The position numbers were made by a program, and so were the translations under genes. This document shows, one piece after another, positions 18,152 through 28,926 of a stretch of 64,000 bases of DNA (the first letter of the stretch is position 1; each line of letters begins with the position of its first letter). The notes beneath the pieces are model-generated. The model was not told where the DNA came from. It did not search any database and worked only from the letters and a program-made list of their open reading frames with translations. Source of the stretch: Syntrophobacterales bacterium (GTDB taxonomy: Bacteria > Desulfobacterota > Syntrophia > Syntrophales > UBA5619); assembly GCA_019429105.1 (NCBI GenBank), contig JAHYJE010000013.1:4193-68192 (forward strand), given 5' to 3'.

Positions 18152-21100
18152 ATGGGATTCTCCGATTTTGTGCATCTGCACGTCCACACTCATTACAGCC
18201 TGCTTGATGGGATGATCCGTCTCGACGACCTTTTCCTGAAGGCAAAAGAATACGGAATGCCGGCTGTGGCAATGACCGATCACGGCAATATCTACGGTAC
18301 GATCGATTTCTATAAACAGGCCATTAAACATGGGGTAAAGCCAATCATCGGCTGCGAACTGTACGTGGCGCCGCACAAACGCACCGATCGGGCCGGCTCC
18401 GGACCGGGGGAAAACGCCTATCATCTGATCGTGCTTGCCTCCAATCTGCAGGGCTATAAGAACCTGATGAAATTATCTACCTTGGCGTTTCTTGAGGGTT
18501 TTTACTACAAGCCACGGATTGATAAGGAGATTCTCCGCGAGCATCACGAAGGGCTTATCGGCATGAGCGCCTGTCTGCATGGGGAAATCGCTTCCGCCAT
18601 CCTGAACGGAAATATGGACGAGGCAGGCCGGCAGGCTCTGGAGTACCGTGACATTTTCGGCGAAGGGAATTTCTTTCTCGAAATCATGGAAAACGGCATT
18701 CCCGAACAGAAGCAGGCAAACGAGGGTCTGCTTGAGCTGAGCCGCAAGCATTCCATCCCGCTTGTCGCCACCTGCGACTGTCATTACCTCAACCGGGAGG
18801 ACGCCGAGGCGCAAGAAGTGCTCCTGTGCATACAAACAGGCAAAACACTGCGGGATGTTGAGCGGATGCGTTTTTCCACTGATCAGTTCTACTTCCGCTC
18901 CCCGGAAGAGATGAAGCGGCTCTTTAATTATTGCCCGGATGCCATTGAAAATACAACAAAAATAGCAGATAGATGCAACATCTCCTTCGAATTCGGGAAG
19001 TTTTATCTCCCGACGCTGGAGGTGGGCACAGACGAAACGTTAGACGGCCGGCTGGAGCAAAAGGCGCGTGCAGGACTCGCGGCTCTTCTCCCGAATCTGC
19101 TGCGCGACGGCAGGGAAAATCTCCGGGAAACATACGAAAAAAGGCTCGAACAGGAGCTGGAGATGATCCGGACAATGGGTTTCCCGGGATACTTTCTGAT
19201 CGTTGCCGATTTTATCGAAAAGGCGCGAGAAAAAAACATTCCGGTGGGACCGGGAAGAGGCTCCGCCGCCGGCAGCCTGGTTGCCTTAGCTACCGGAATT
19301 ACTAAGGTCGATCCAATCCGTTACAACCTTTTTTTCGAGAGGTTTCTCAACCCCGACAGGGTAACCATGCCCGATATCGACACCGATTTCGCCCCGGAAG
19401 GCAGGGAACAGATATTCAATTATGTGACGGATAAATACGGTGCGGACAAGGTTTCCAAAATCATTACCTTTGGGAAAATGCAGGCCAGAGCCGTTATCCG
19501 GGATGTTGGCAGGGCGATGGGCATGCCTTATGGCGAGGTTGACAAGATTGCCAAATTAATCCCCAACGTTCTCAATATCAAACTTGCGGACGCAATAAAA
19601 TCCGAAAAACGCCTTCAGGATGAAGAGAAAAACAATCCGCAGGTTAAAAAGCTACTGGATTTTTCAAAAACTTTAGAGGGACTCAACCGCCATGCCTCGA
19701 TCCATGCGGCAGGGGTGGTAGTCTCCGACATCCCCCTTGTAGAAAGAATCCCGCTTGCCAAGAGCCTGAAAGAAGATATTGTTTTTACCCAGTTTGCGAT
19801 GAATGAAGTGGCCGATGTGGGGCTTACGAAATTCGATTTTCTGGGCCTGAAAACACTGACCGTGATCAGCGACGCCGTTCGTTTCGCGAAAGAGGGAAGG
19901 GGAGTGACGATCGATATCGACAACCTCCCGCTTGACGACCGCCCGACGTATGAGCTGCTGATGCGCGGGGACACCGATGGCGTTTTTCAGTTGGAAAGCT
20001 CCGGCATGAAGGATATGCTGATCCGGATGAAGCCGGACTGCATTGAAGACGTAATCGCGTTGATCGCCCTTTATCGTCCCGGCCCGATGGAAAATATTCC
20101 GGAGTTTATCGCCAGGAAGCAGGGCCGGACCAGGATCATTTACGAAACCCCCGAACTGGAGGCAATTCTCAAAGAAACTTACGGCATTATCGTCTATCAG
20201 GAACAGGTGATGCAGATCGCCGTAGCCATCGGCAACTACAAACTCTCCGAGGCTGACACGCTGCGCAAGGTCATGAGCAAAAAGAAGACCGAGGAGATGG
20301 AAAGCCGGGAAAAGCCGAAGTTCATCGCGGGAGCAAAGAGTAAAAATATTCCCGAAGCAAAGGCCCTCAAAATATGGGAGCAGATGAAGACCTTCGGGAA
20401 ATATGGATTCAATAAGTCTCACAGCACAGCGTACGCGATAGTCACCTATCAAACCGCCTACGTCAAGGCCCATTATCCGGCGGAATTCGTCGCTGCGCTT
20501 TTAACCAGCGAAAAGGATAACCGCGACAAGATCATAAGTCATATCAGCAGTTGCCGGGAGATGGGGATCAATGTCCTCCCGCCGGACATAAATGAATCAA
20601 TGAGAGACTTCAGCGTCGCCGGCGACCACGTGCGGTTTGGCCTTGCGGCGGTGAAGAATGTTGGGGCCGGCGCTGTCGATTCGATAATCGAGTCAAGAGA
20701 TGAGGGCGGCCCGTTTACGTCGTTTTTTGATTTTTGCGATCGCATCGATCCCCGCAAGATCAATAAAAGGGTCATCGAAAGCCTGATCAAGTGCGGGGCG
20801 TTTGATTCAACCGGAAATAACCGGAACCAGTTAATGACCTTCTATGAAGAGATTATGGAAAAGGCGCAGAAGCGCCATAAGGAGAAAAACAGCAATCAGA
20901 CAAACCTTCTTGATCAACTTGAAGAAAGTTCGTCAACTACTCGTAATGTAAATTCAAAGAATGAAGACTCGCTTCCTGAAATGGCAGAATGGGAACATAA
21001 GGATTTGCTCGCCTATGAAAAGGAAACGATCGGTTTCTATATCAGCGGCCACCCTCTTTCACCTTACAAGGAACGGCTCGGGATGATCGTAACGGCCGAT

Positions 21101-21625
21101 TCAGCGAATCTGAGATCCAAGACGGATCGCGAGGTAGTGACGATAGCCGGAATCGTCAGCAGCATCCGCGACGTTCAGACAAAGCGCAAAGAGACGATGG
21201 CTTACATCCTCTTGGAGGATTTGAAGGGTTCGGTTGACATCATCGTTTTCCCGGAAACATATAAAAACAGCTATCAACTTCTCCACGGCGACGCGCCGCT
21301 GCTGCTCAAGGGAATCATTGACGCCGGGGAAGAGAATGTGAAGGTGATTTCCTCCGAGGTGACACTGCTGACTGAAGCCGCGGAAAAATCCTACAGCGCG
21401 GCCTATTTCACGGTTGACATGAAACAGACCGTTCCCGATGATATCGAAACCCTTTTTCGCTGCCTTCAACGCTACTCGGGAAAACTGGAGGGATATATCA
21501 AACTGGTTGAGCCAAGGTGCGAAACCTTGATATACTTGGGCGAGGATATGAAACTCGATCTTTCCGCACCGCTGAGAGCGGAAGCGGAGCGGATCCTGGG
21601 CGCCGGTTCACTCCAGTTTGTATAA
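18152..21625 (+). CDS. dnaE: DNA polymerase III subunit alpha
   Basis: PHP domain 'FVHLHVHTHYSLLDG' and 'MTDHGN'. Also 'PGRGSAAGSLV', 'MPDIDTDF', 'FNKSH..AYA'. 1157 aa. Confidence 0.95.
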   Translation: MGFSDFVHLHVHTHYSLLDGMIRLDDLFLKAKEYGMPAVAMTDHGNIYGTIDFYKQAIKHGVKPIIGCELYVAPHKRTDRAGSGPGENAYHLIVLASNLQGYKNLMKLSTLAFLEGFYYKPRIDKEILREHHEGLIGMSACLHGEIASAILNGNMDEAGRQALEYRDIFGEGNFFLEIMENGIPEQKQANEGLLELSRKHSIPLVATCDCHYLNREDAEAQEVLLCIQTGKTLRDVERMRFSTDQFYFRSPEEMKRLFNYCPDAIENTTKIADRCNISFEFGKFYLPTLEVGTDETLDGRLEQKARAGLAALLPNLLRDGRENLRETYEKRLEQELEMIRTMGFPGYFLIVADFIEKAREKNIPVGPGRGSAAGSLVALATGITKVDPIRYNLFFERFLNPDRVTMPDIDTDFAPEGREQIFNYVTDKYGADKVSKIITFGKMQARAVIRDVGRAMGMPYGEVDKIAKLIPNVLNIKLADAIKSEKRLQDEEKNNPQVKKLLDFSKTLEGLNRHASIHAAGVVVSDIPLVERIPLAKSLKEDIVFTQFAMNEVADVGLTKFDFLGLKTLTVISDAVRFAKEGRGVTIDIDNLPLDDRPTYELLMRGDTDGVFQLESSGMKDMLIRMKPDCIEDVIALIALYRPGPMENIPEFIARKQGRTRIIYETPELEAILKETYGIIVYQEQVMQIAVAIGNYKLSEADTLRKVMSKKKTEEMESREKPKFIAGAKSKNIPEAKALKIWEQMKTFGKYGFNKSHSTAYAIVTYQTAYVKAHYPAEFVAALLTSEKDNRDKIISHISSCREMGINVLPPDINESMRDFSVAGDHVRFGLAAVKNVGAGAVDSIIESRDEGGPFTSFFDFCDRIDPRKINKRVIESLIKCGAFDSTGNNRNQLMTFYEEIMEKAQKRHKEKNSNQTNLLDQLEESSSTTRNVNSKNEDSLPEMAEWEHKDLLAYEKETIGFYISGHPLSPYKERLGMIVTADSANLRSKTDREVVTIAGIVSSIRDVQTKRKETMAYILLEDLKGSVDIIVFPETYKNSYQLLHGDAPLLLKGIIDAGEENVKVISSEVTLLTEAAEKSYSAAYFTVDMKQTVPDDIETLFRCLQRYSGKLEGYIKLVEPRCETLIYLGEDMKLDLSAPLRAEAERILGAGSLQFV

Positions 21626-21669
21626 TGTACCAGCTTTAAGTTTACATAACATATCTTATAGGCAATTGA

Positions 21670-22617
21670 TCAAATACCTTCCTCAGCCAGTTTTTTGATC
21701 AAACTCGTCTGGCTTGCGGAAAGCTTTCGAGGAACCTCAATGTTAATCTTTACAAACTGGTCTCCATGCGCCGTGCCAGACCCCTTGAGGGGTGGGATTC
21801 CCAAACCCTTAAGACGGATCTTGGCGCCGCACTGCGTCCCTGAGGGAACTTTAAGCCTTTTAACGGAACCATCGATCGTCGGGACTTCGATGCTGCCTCC
21901 CAAAGCCGCCTGGGTGAAGGAGATCGTTTTTTCAATGTATATGTCATTTCCATCCCGGGCGAACAGCGGATGAGGAAGTACATTAATGTTCAGGTATAAA
22001 TCGCCGTTGGCACCGTTGTTTTTCCCCGGATAGCCTTTTCCGGAGAGCCGCAGCTTCTTGCCGGTATTGATACCGGCGGGAATTTTTACCGTTATTTCAT
22101 TGATCCCGGTTTCACTGCGGAGGGAAATCTGTTTTTCCGCGCCTGCAACAGCCTCTTCAAGCGTAATGGAAAGATTGTAATGCAAGTCCTCCCCTTTTTG
22201 CGGCACAGAGTAAGCGGATCGTCCCCCTCCGAAGAGATCATCGTATCCTCCGCCGCCCGTTTGAAAACTGAAGCCGCCCCGCCTGCCGGTACTGCGAAAC
22301 CCGCCGCCCATACCGCCAAATCCAAAACCCCTCAATATTTCATTGAGATCCACATTGCGGAAGATGTCTTCCTGACTGTAGCGCTGACTGAACTGATCAG
22401 AACCATAGGTATCGTACTGCTTGCGCTTTTCAGCGTCGCTTAAAACGGCGTACGCCTCGCTGATTTTCTTGAATTTTTCTTCCGCCTCGCGGTTATTGGG
22501 ATTTTTGTCGGGATGATACTTCATCGCCAGTTTCCGGTAGGCCTTCTTTACCTCTTCCTGATCAACCCCTTTTTCTATACCCAGTGTCTTATAGTAATCC
22601 TGCGTCATAAATTTCAC
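21670..22617 (-). CDS. cbpA: J-domain co-chaperone of the CbpA type (no zinc-finger domain)
   Basis: '[11 protein letters not shown]...[13 protein letters not shown]' (J domain), a G/F-rich linker and DnaJ_C repeats. No CxxCxGxG motifs. Confidence 0.75.
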   Translation of the reverse strand: MKFMTQDYYKTLGIEKGVDQEEVKKAYRKLAMKYHPDKNPNNREAEEKFKKISEAYAVLSDAEKRKQYDTYGSDQFSQRYSQEDIFRNVDLNEILRGFGFGGMGGGFRSTGRRGGFSFQTGGGGYDDLFGGGRSAYSVPQKGEDLHYNLSITLEEAVAGAEKQISLRSETGINEITVKIPAGINTGKKLRLSGKGYPGKNNGANGDLYLNINVLPHPLFARDGNDIYIEKTISFTQAALGGSIEVPTIDGSVKRLKVPSGTQCGAKIRLKGLGIPPLKGSGTAHGDQFVKINIEVPRKLSASQTSLIKKLAEEGI

Positions 22618-22640
22618 CCTTTAAAAAGAAGACGTCAAAA

Positions 22641-23327
22641 TCAACTCAATAGCGACAGCTTTCTTTTTATTAATATGCTCATCGCCGGATCAGTTGTTTT
22701 CAAAAGCGCCTTCTGATAGAATTCAACCGCCTTCTTGTTATCCTTCAATTGCTCGTAAATTCTCGCAATATTTGTGTAATTTATACTTTCAAATGATGAA
22801 CCGCCCTTCGTTTTCATCGCCAGATCATAAAATTCCAGGGCCTTTTTAAGGTCTTTTTTTTGTTCTGCGCATGCGCCCAACCCATTATAGGCAAGGGCAA
22901 CTAAATCGTTATCGGAAGAAGCACTTTTGATAAACGCATGATAGGAGGCCTCCGCCTCATCATAAGCGCGACGATTGTAATATAAATTTCCCAGGCGATA
23001 GTGACCGAGAGAAGCGGCATTGCTCCGCGGATATTTGGAGAGCAGTTCCTTCAATCCTTTCGTCAATGCTTCGTCGCCGGCGGGGGAACCCGCTTTCATC
23101 TGGGCCGTCAATATCCCATTGTAAAATCCGGCTGCTTTGTTTTCGTAATTCGCCTGATAGAGATAAACGCCGGCGGCAATGAGAAAGATGACGACCGCTA
23201 TCCCTGCTCCCAGATATATTTTACTCCGGTGGGTTTCGACAAAGGATCGTATTTTAATGAATAAAATTGTTAGCTTGTCCGGTTCTTCGAGTTCTTTTTT
23301 TTCTAACTTATTTGACATTATTTTCAA
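22641..23327 (-). CDS. membrane-anchored TPR-repeat protein (YfgM-like architecture)
   Basis: One N-terminal TM segment ('IYLGAGIAVVIFLIAAGVYLY') followed by TPR-like repeats ('LGNLYYNRRAYDEAEASY', 'ALEFYDLAM', 'AVEFYQKAL'). Confidence 0.6.
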   Translation of the reverse strand: MKIMSNKLEKKELEEPDKLTILFIKIRSFVETHRSKIYLGAGIAVVIFLIAAGVYLYQANYENKAAGFYNGILTAQMKAGSPAGDEALTKGLKELLSKYPRSNAASLGHYRLGNLYYNRRAYDEAEASYHAFIKSASSDNDLVALAYNGLGACAEQKKDLKKALEFYDLAMKTKGGSSFESINYTNIARIYEQLKDNKKAVEFYQKALLKTTDPAMSILIKRKLSLLS

Positions 23328-23371
23328 TTCTCTCCTTTATGGCGTGATTAATTGTTTAAAAGATATCCGTA

Positions 23372-23788
23372 TCAATGCGGATTATTAACAAATGTTCTGA
23401 GTTTGTCGGTTATTATGGCCGGGATGCGGATAATTTTTCCGGTGCGGTCGGTGCAGGCATGCACAGTATAGCCCTCGGTCAGCAAATTGATCTGCGCTTC
23501 GTCCCATATCTTGTGGGTAAATTTAATACTGGCCCGCTTGATAAAGTCTATCCCGGTTTGCAAAAGAACCAGATCATCATAGCGGGCAGGCAGGTGGTAA
23601 TGACAGTAGGCCTGGGTTACTGGCAGATTGCATCCTGATGCTTCAAGGTCCTTATAAACAATCCCCAGTTCGCGAAAAAGCTCGGTTCTCCCTATTTCAA
23701 ACCAGCGGATGTAATTGGTGTGATAGACAATACCCATCGCATCGGTGTCCGCGTAAATAACTCTAATTTTCAGCGGGCTTCTATTCAA
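23372..23788 (-). CDS. 4HBT/YbgC-type acyl-CoA thioesterase
   Basis: 'RVIYADTDAMGIVYHTNYIRWFE' is the YbgC catalytic-Asp pattern. I propose a TTG start at 23788 that overlaps the TAG stop of the upstream gene and has GGAGAGG 4 nt upstream. The first ATG of the ORF (23947) would overlap the upstream gene by 167 nt, and the next in-frame ATG would delete the catalytic Asp. Confidence 0.7.
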   Translation of the reverse strand: MNRSPLKIRVIYADTDAMGIVYHTNYIRWFEIGRTELFRELGIVYKDLEASGCNLPVTQAYCHYHLPARYDDLVLLQTGIDFIKRASIKFTHKIWDEAQINLLTEGYTVHACTDRTGKIIRIPAIITDKLRTFVNNPH

Positions 23789-24998
23789 AGAGCCTCTCCA
23801 AACCGCCGATGAAATGTTCCATGAATCTATACCCGGGCGATACCATGTTGCCGGAATTATGAGCACTGGTTTCCCCAAAAGAACCCCCCCGGCCCTGATT
23901 TTCACCTGGTCGGGAAGAGAGAAACGCCAGTGGGCTAGGATCGACAATATGGGTTTTTAGCGCAATCGGAGTCCGATGATCGCTTAAAACGGCAACCCGG
24001 TATTCACCAAACAGGGAAATACCGTCAAGGATTGCACCAACAACCTTCTTATCGAAATCCTCAATCGCCTTTATCTTCCCACCGACATTGCCTTCGTGCC
24101 CCATCTCGTCAGGGGACTCGACGTGGAGAAAGACAAAATCGAGATTCTGGAGTGCAGACAATGCCTTTTCTGCCTTGCCGACATAATTGGTATCGGTGTA
24201 GCCGGTTGCCCCCGTGACTTTGAGGACCTCGAGCCCGGCATAAATCCCGATTCCGTTCAGCAGATCAACGGCAGAGATCATCCCGCCTGTAATTCGAAAT
24301 CTCTCCGTCATTTTTTGAATCCGTGGCGCCCTCCCCTGCCCCCAAAGCCAGATAGACGTTACGGGCTTCAACCCCTTCGCTCGTCGTTCCCGGTTAAGCG
24401 GGTAATCGGCAAGAAAATCCTGGGACAGCTTCATCAGACGGGCTATCTCCAGAGCGCCCTCCCCACTGGGCAGATACGGCGCAACCCTTTGGCCGGTGAT
24501 GTCGTGGGGCGGAGTCGCCTTCATTCCAGGCTCTCCCCCGTGCCACACCAGCAGGTGCCGATACCCGACGCCGGGATGAAATTGGAACTCCTCCGAGCCC
24601 AGCGCAGCGTTCAAATCATTGATCAGGGGAGCTGCCTCCGCAGAGGAGATATGACCGGCCGTAAAATCCTCCATAACCGGCTCCACCGAGTCGCTTAACG
24701 TCACGAGATTGCAACGAAAGGCGACATCCTCCGGGGCAAGCTGGACCCCCATATTGGCCGCCTCGAGCGGCGCCCTGCCCGAATAAAAGACACGGGAATC
24801 ATAACCGAGGACGGCAAGATTCGCCACATCGCTTCCCGGGGCAAGCCCCGGGGGAATCGTGTCGATCAGACTCAACGTTCCCTCCGCTGCGATCCTGTCC
24901 ATATTGGGGGTGTAGGCGTATTCGAGCGGGGTTTTCCCTTGCAGGGAGTCAATGGGGTAATCTGCCATCCCGTCTCCCAGTAACACTATGTATTTCAT
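23781..24998 (-). CDS. cofactor-independent phosphoglycerate mutase (ApgM) family protein; candidate non-orthologous homoserine kinase
   Basis: 'MKYIVLLGDGMADYP', 'FVFLHVESPDEMGHEG' and 'VLSDHRTP' form the metalloenzyme ApgM pattern. Its start overlaps the hom stop by 4 nt. Confidence 0.8.
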   Translation of the reverse strand: MKYIVLLGDGMADYPIDSLQGKTPLEYAYTPNMDRIAAEGTLSLIDTIPPGLAPGSDVANLAVLGYDSRVFYSGRAPLEAANMGVQLAPEDVAFRCNLVTLSDSVEPVMEDFTAGHISSAEAAPLINDLNAALGSEEFQFHPGVGYRHLLVWHGGEPGMKATPPHDITGQRVAPYLPSGEGALEIARLMKLSQDFLADYPLNRERRAKGLKPVTSIWLWGQGRAPRIQKMTERFRITGGMISAVDLLNGIGIYAGLEVLKVTGATGYTDTNYVGKAEKALSALQNLDFVFLHVESPDEMGHEGNVGGKIKAIEDFDKKVVGAILDGISLFGEYRVAVLSDHRTPIALKTHIVDPSPLAFLSSRPGENQGRGGSFGETSAHNSGNMVSPGYRFMEHFIGGLERLFE

Positions 24999-26311
24999 GT
25001 AAGGTTATCGTCCTCAATTCTAATCAGCATGGTTTTTCCCATCACGACATCAAGCGTGTCAATCTCCGCAAGCGCCTTTTGGACATGACGCTCCTTGGCT
25101 TTGTAGGTAGTCATTACAATTGGAACGGCGCCATCCTGCCTTCGTCCCTTTTGGATCACTACTGCAATGCTGATGTTGTTCTGTCCGAGGATGCCGGAGA
25201 TGCGGGAAAGGACGCCCGATCGGTCGGCAACTGAAAAACGAAAATAATAATTGGTGAGAATCTCTTCAAAGGGCAAAAGATTGATATCGCTTATTTTTTC
25301 TTCGTCAAAGACCCGGGGCGGAACCCGTCCCGCGCTCCTTTTGATGATATCCCGGGCGATATCGACCACGTCGCTGATAACGGCGCTTGCCGTCGGCAGC
25401 ATGCCCGCCCCCTGTCCGTAGAGAAATACCGAATCAGCCGCGTCGCCTATGATATGAAAGGCATTGAAATTGCTGTTCACGTTGGCAAGCAGGTGGGAAA
25501 AAGGAACCATGGTCGGGTGCAGCCGTGCTTCGATGAATTCACCACGTCGAATGGCAATAGCCAACAATTTTATCCGATAACCGAGTTCCCGGGCAAAAGC
25601 TATATCCTGCTCGCCGATATTTGCTATCCCTTCCCGGTGCAGATCTTCAAGACGGACCCTCTTCCCGTAGGAGAGGGAAAGGAGTATGGCGAGCTTGTGC
25701 GCGGCATCCACCCCTTCGATGTCAAATGTCGGATTGGCTTCAGCAAAGCCAAGCGTCTGCGCCTCTTTCAGAACAGACTCAAAGGAACCGCCCTCATCGG
25801 TCATTTTGCTCAGGATGAAATTTGAGGTTCCGTTGACAATCGCCATGATTGATTCAATCCGGTTGCCGATCAGACTCTCCTTGATCGTTTTGATAACGGG
25901 GATTGTTCCGCCGACGCTGGGTTCAAAGCCGATATTGACCCCGTTTCTTTGCGCGCTTCGGAATATTTCATCCCCATAAGTCGCCAAAAGCGCCTTATTT
26001 GCCGTGCAAACGTGTTTTTTGTTGTCCATCGCCTTCAGGATAAAGGTGCGGGCCGGCTCATATCCCCCCATCAGTTCGATGACAATGTCTATTTCCGGGT
26101 CGGTGAGGATGTCGTCAGCTTTTGTTGTCAGAGTGCCTTCCGGGAGATCTACGCCCCGAGGGGTGGTGATATCGAGATCCGCTATTCTCTTCAAGCGAAG
26201 CTCGGCGCCCAGACGTCCTGAAATTAATTCACCGTTTTTCTGGAGCAGCCTGATTACGCCTGTGCCTATTGTACCAAAGCCTATAAGCCCTAAATTTATT
26301 ATTTTCTTCAT
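24995..26311 (-). CDS. hom: homoserine dehydrogenase with C-terminal ACT domain
   Basis: 'GLIGFGTIGTGV', 'TANKALLA', 'FEPSVGGTIPVI', 'GTSNFIL', 'EADPTFDIEG'. Start either at the ATG at 26311 or the GTG at 26320. Confidence 0.9.
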   Translation of the reverse strand: MKKIINLGLIGFGTIGTGVIRLLQKNGELISGRLGAELRLKRIADLDITTPRGVDLPEGTLTTKADDILTDPEIDIVIELMGGYEPARTFILKAMDNKKHVCTANKALLATYGDEIFRSAQRNGVNIGFEPSVGGTIPVIKTIKESLIGNRIESIMAIVNGTSNFILSKMTDEGGSFESVLKEAQTLGFAEANPTFDIEGVDAAHKLAILLSLSYGKRVRLEDLHREGIANIGEQDIAFARELGYRIKLLAIAIRRGEFIEARLHPTMVPFSHLLANVNSNFNAFHIIGDAADSVFLYGQGAGMLPTASAVISDVVDIARDIIKRSAGRVPPRVFDEEKISDINLLPFEEILTNYYFRFSVADRSGVLSRISGILGQNNISIAVVIQKGRRQDGAVPIVMTTYKAKERHVQKALAEIDTLDVVMGKTMLIRIEDDNLT

Positions 26312-26424
26312 GTTTATCACGTTACCAAGGTTTCTTTCACATAAAAGTCCGTGCTTTATATCAGATCACAAAAAACAATTAAAGCAAAAAAAGACAAGCT
26401 CCGCAGGTAATTTAGAATGAATAT

Positions 26425-28875
26425 TTATCCCGTCTTCGCCAGGGACAGTCTCCCTTCCCATCTGCGCAGGAGAACATCCCGGAGTTCAGAGTGATTCGGG
26501 TCTGTCAGATACGGGTCATCATCCACAACCGAAAAGGCATCCTCCTTCGCCTCCGAGAGAATCCTTCCATCCCGTGCGATATTGGCTATTCTGAAATCGG
26601 GAAGGCCGGATTGTCTGGTTCCCATGAATTCACCCGGCCCCCGTATAGCCAGATCCTCTTCGGCAATGCGGAAGCCGTCGTTAGTCTCCTCCATAATGCG
26701 CAATCTTTTGCGGGCGTCTTCAGAGGCAGGCTTCTGAGCAAGCAAAATGCAGTAAGACGGAGCACCGCCCCGGCCCACACGCCCCCTAAGTTGGTGAAGC
26801 TGGGAGAGCCCGAACCGCTCCGCGTGCTCGATTACCATCAGCGACGCGGCGGGAATGTCAATCCCCACTTCAATGACCGTCGTCGCGACGAGAATGTTGA
26901 TTTTCATCCCGACAAAATCACCCATAACCTGCTCTTTTTCCTTACCTTTCATCCGACCATGGACAAGGCCTACGTTCAGCTCCGGAAAAACATCCTTTTG
27001 GAGGTGTTCCGCCATACGAACGGCATCCTTAAGGTCAAGATTTTCCGAAGCTTCTACCAGGGGATAGACAATGAACGCCTGTCTGCCTTTTTTAACCTCG
27101 CGGCGGATAATTTCATAAACGCTCGACCTTTGGGCTTCCGAAAAAACCTTCGTCCGCGTTGGCTGTTTTCCGGGGGGCATTTCATCGATAACCGAGACGT
27201 CCAGATCGCCATAAACCGTCATTGCCAGGGTGCGGGGGATGGGGGTTGCGGTCATGACCAGGACATCGGGAATTTGCCCTTTTTTGCGGAGGGCTGCCCG
27301 CTGAACGACGCCGAAGCGGTGCTGTTCATCGATCACAACGAGGCCCAAATTTTTAAAAACAACCTTGCCCTGAATCAGGGCATGTGTGCCCACGACAAAC
27401 CCACTACGTCCGTTTTTTATTTTTTCCAGAACCTCCGCCTTTTGGGGCGCCGACAGGTTGCCGGTCAGCAGCTCGCATTGGATTCCCAGCTTATCCAACA
27501 ATGCAGATATATTGCGGTAGTGCTGTTCGGCAAGGATTTCGGTCGGGGCCATAATTGCCGTCTGATATCCATTCGCACAGGCAACCACGGCAGCGATGGT
27601 CGCAACAATTGTCTTTCCGGAACCCACATCCCCCTGCAAAAGCCTGTTCATCGGCAACAAAGAGGCCATGTCTTTCCCGATTTCCGCAATAGTGCGACTT
27701 TGGGCGTCGGTTAGAGAAAAAGGGAGGATATTGTAGAGAGTGCGCAGCATCTCCGGATTGACGTTGAAAGAAATGCCCTTTTCAAGAAGCTGTCCCTTTT
27801 TTCTCAGGGCCATTCCCAGTTGAAAAAAGAAAAACTCATCATAGATGAGCCGCCGATGGGCCGCCGAATGCATTTGTTGATAGTCATCGATATTGTGGTC
27901 GTTATCGGGAAAATGGACCATACGAAAAGCATCGCGAAAATTCATCAGGGAGCGGCTTTTGATTATGTTTTCAGGGATCGGGCTCATCATGAGGGGCGCA
28001 AAGTTACGCACAGCCCGCCATGTTATCCGCCGAATAGTTTTTTGGGGAAGCCCGGCTGTTTCGGAATAGATCGGCACAATCCGCTTGAAGTGAAGGAGCT
28101 GGTCGTCGCCTTCGCTGAGAATCTCGAAATCCGGATGGATTATTTCCCGGTCAAAAGGAAACCCGACAATCGCGCCGGCAAGGATGACGCGGGTGTTTGG
28201 CTTAAAGGAATTGCGCAAAAACAGTTCCTGTCCTTTAAACCATTTGGCCTTGATAACCCCGGAAAAGTCCTCGATTAGTGCTTCGAACACCTTTTTCCTG
28301 CCATAGAAACGCAGCTCGGCATGCACGACTCTGCCTACGACAATCTGCTTTACTCCAGGAACAGTTTCCGCGATCAGGGAAATATGTCGGCGGTCTTCGT
28401 AGCGACGGGGGAGAAAGTAGAGAAGCTCCTCTATTGTTTTTATATCTTTACGGGTGAAAAGAGCGGCTATCCTCGTTCCCACCCCGGAGATGGAAGTAAT
28501 GGGGAGAAAAAGGGCGGTTTGCGAACGTAACGACCCCTCCCCGCCTTTTTCTTTTTCATTAACGGAATCTCTTTGCAGAATGCCTTTCAAATCGGCAAGC
28601 GCTTTGACTGCATTATCGATCCGTACTTTCTTGTCTTCGGCGCCTGATACATCATAATCCAGAAACAGCCTTGAAAGTTCGTTTATGATGGCATCTGCCT
28701 CCTCAATTCGGGTAAGTTTATTGCCCTTGGGATTGACCGCTCCTCGGAGCTGATTCAGAAAAGACGTCATCGCCTCGCCGAGATTTTCGACAAGCGACAG
28801 ACGGCTGTAAGAGTTCCATGCTGCAAAAGAAAGCGGCGCCTCCATTTTTTCGATGATTTTTAATAATGGCTCCAT
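26425..28875 (-). CDS. recG: ATP-dependent DNA helicase RecG
   Basis: 'LPFSLTDAQ', 'MNRLLQGDVGSGKT', 'VVIDEQHRFGV', 'MTATPIPRT', 'LHQLRGRVGRG'. 816 aa, with a long N-terminal extension. Confidence 0.9.
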   Translation of the reverse strand: MEPLLKIIEKMEAPLSFAAWNSYSRLSLVENLGEAMTSFLNQLRGAVNPKGNKLTRIEEADAIINELSRLFLDYDVSGAEDKKVRIDNAVKALADLKGILQRDSVNEKEKGGEGSLRSQTALFLPITSISGVGTRIAALFTRKDIKTIEELLYFLPRRYEDRRHISLIAETVPGVKQIVVGRVVHAELRFYGRKKVFEALIEDFSGVIKAKWFKGQELFLRNSFKPNTRVILAGAIVGFPFDREIIHPDFEILSEGDDQLLHFKRIVPIYSETAGLPQKTIRRITWRAVRNFAPLMMSPIPENIIKSRSLMNFRDAFRMVHFPDNDHNIDDYQQMHSAAHRRLIYDEFFFFQLGMALRKKGQLLEKGISFNVNPEMLRTLYNILPFSLTDAQSRTIAEIGKDMASLLPMNRLLQGDVGSGKTIVATIAAVVACANGYQTAIMAPTEILAEQHYRNISALLDKLGIQCELLTGNLSAPQKAEVLEKIKNGRSGFVVGTHALIQGKVVFKNLGLVVIDEQHRFGVVQRAALRKKGQIPDVLVMTATPIPRTLAMTVYGDLDVSVIDEMPPGKQPTRTKVFSEAQRSSVYEIIRREVKKGRQAFIVYPLVEASENLDLKDAVRMAEHLQKDVFPELNVGLVHGRMKGKEKEQVMGDFVGMKINILVATTVIEVGIDIPAASLMVIEHAERFGLSQLHQLRGRVGRGGAPSYCILLAQKPASEDARKRLRIMEETNDGFRIAEEDLAIRGPGEFMGTRQSGLPDFRIANIARDGRILSEAKEDAFSVVDDDPYLTDPNHSELRDVLLRRWEGRLSLAKTG

Positions 28876-28926
28876 CTTTACCCTGGCCGTGGACTTGAGG
28901 TAATTTATAGAAATAACTTAACAAAC

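Noticed and set aside
21975-21993. AAGTACATTAATGTTCAGG inside the cbpA-type gene contains the 10-nt core TGAACATTAA of the 21-bp repeat in inverted orientation.
   Set aside because: It lies inside a coding region, only the 10-nt core matches, and the flanks do not. It is compatible with a chance occurrence.
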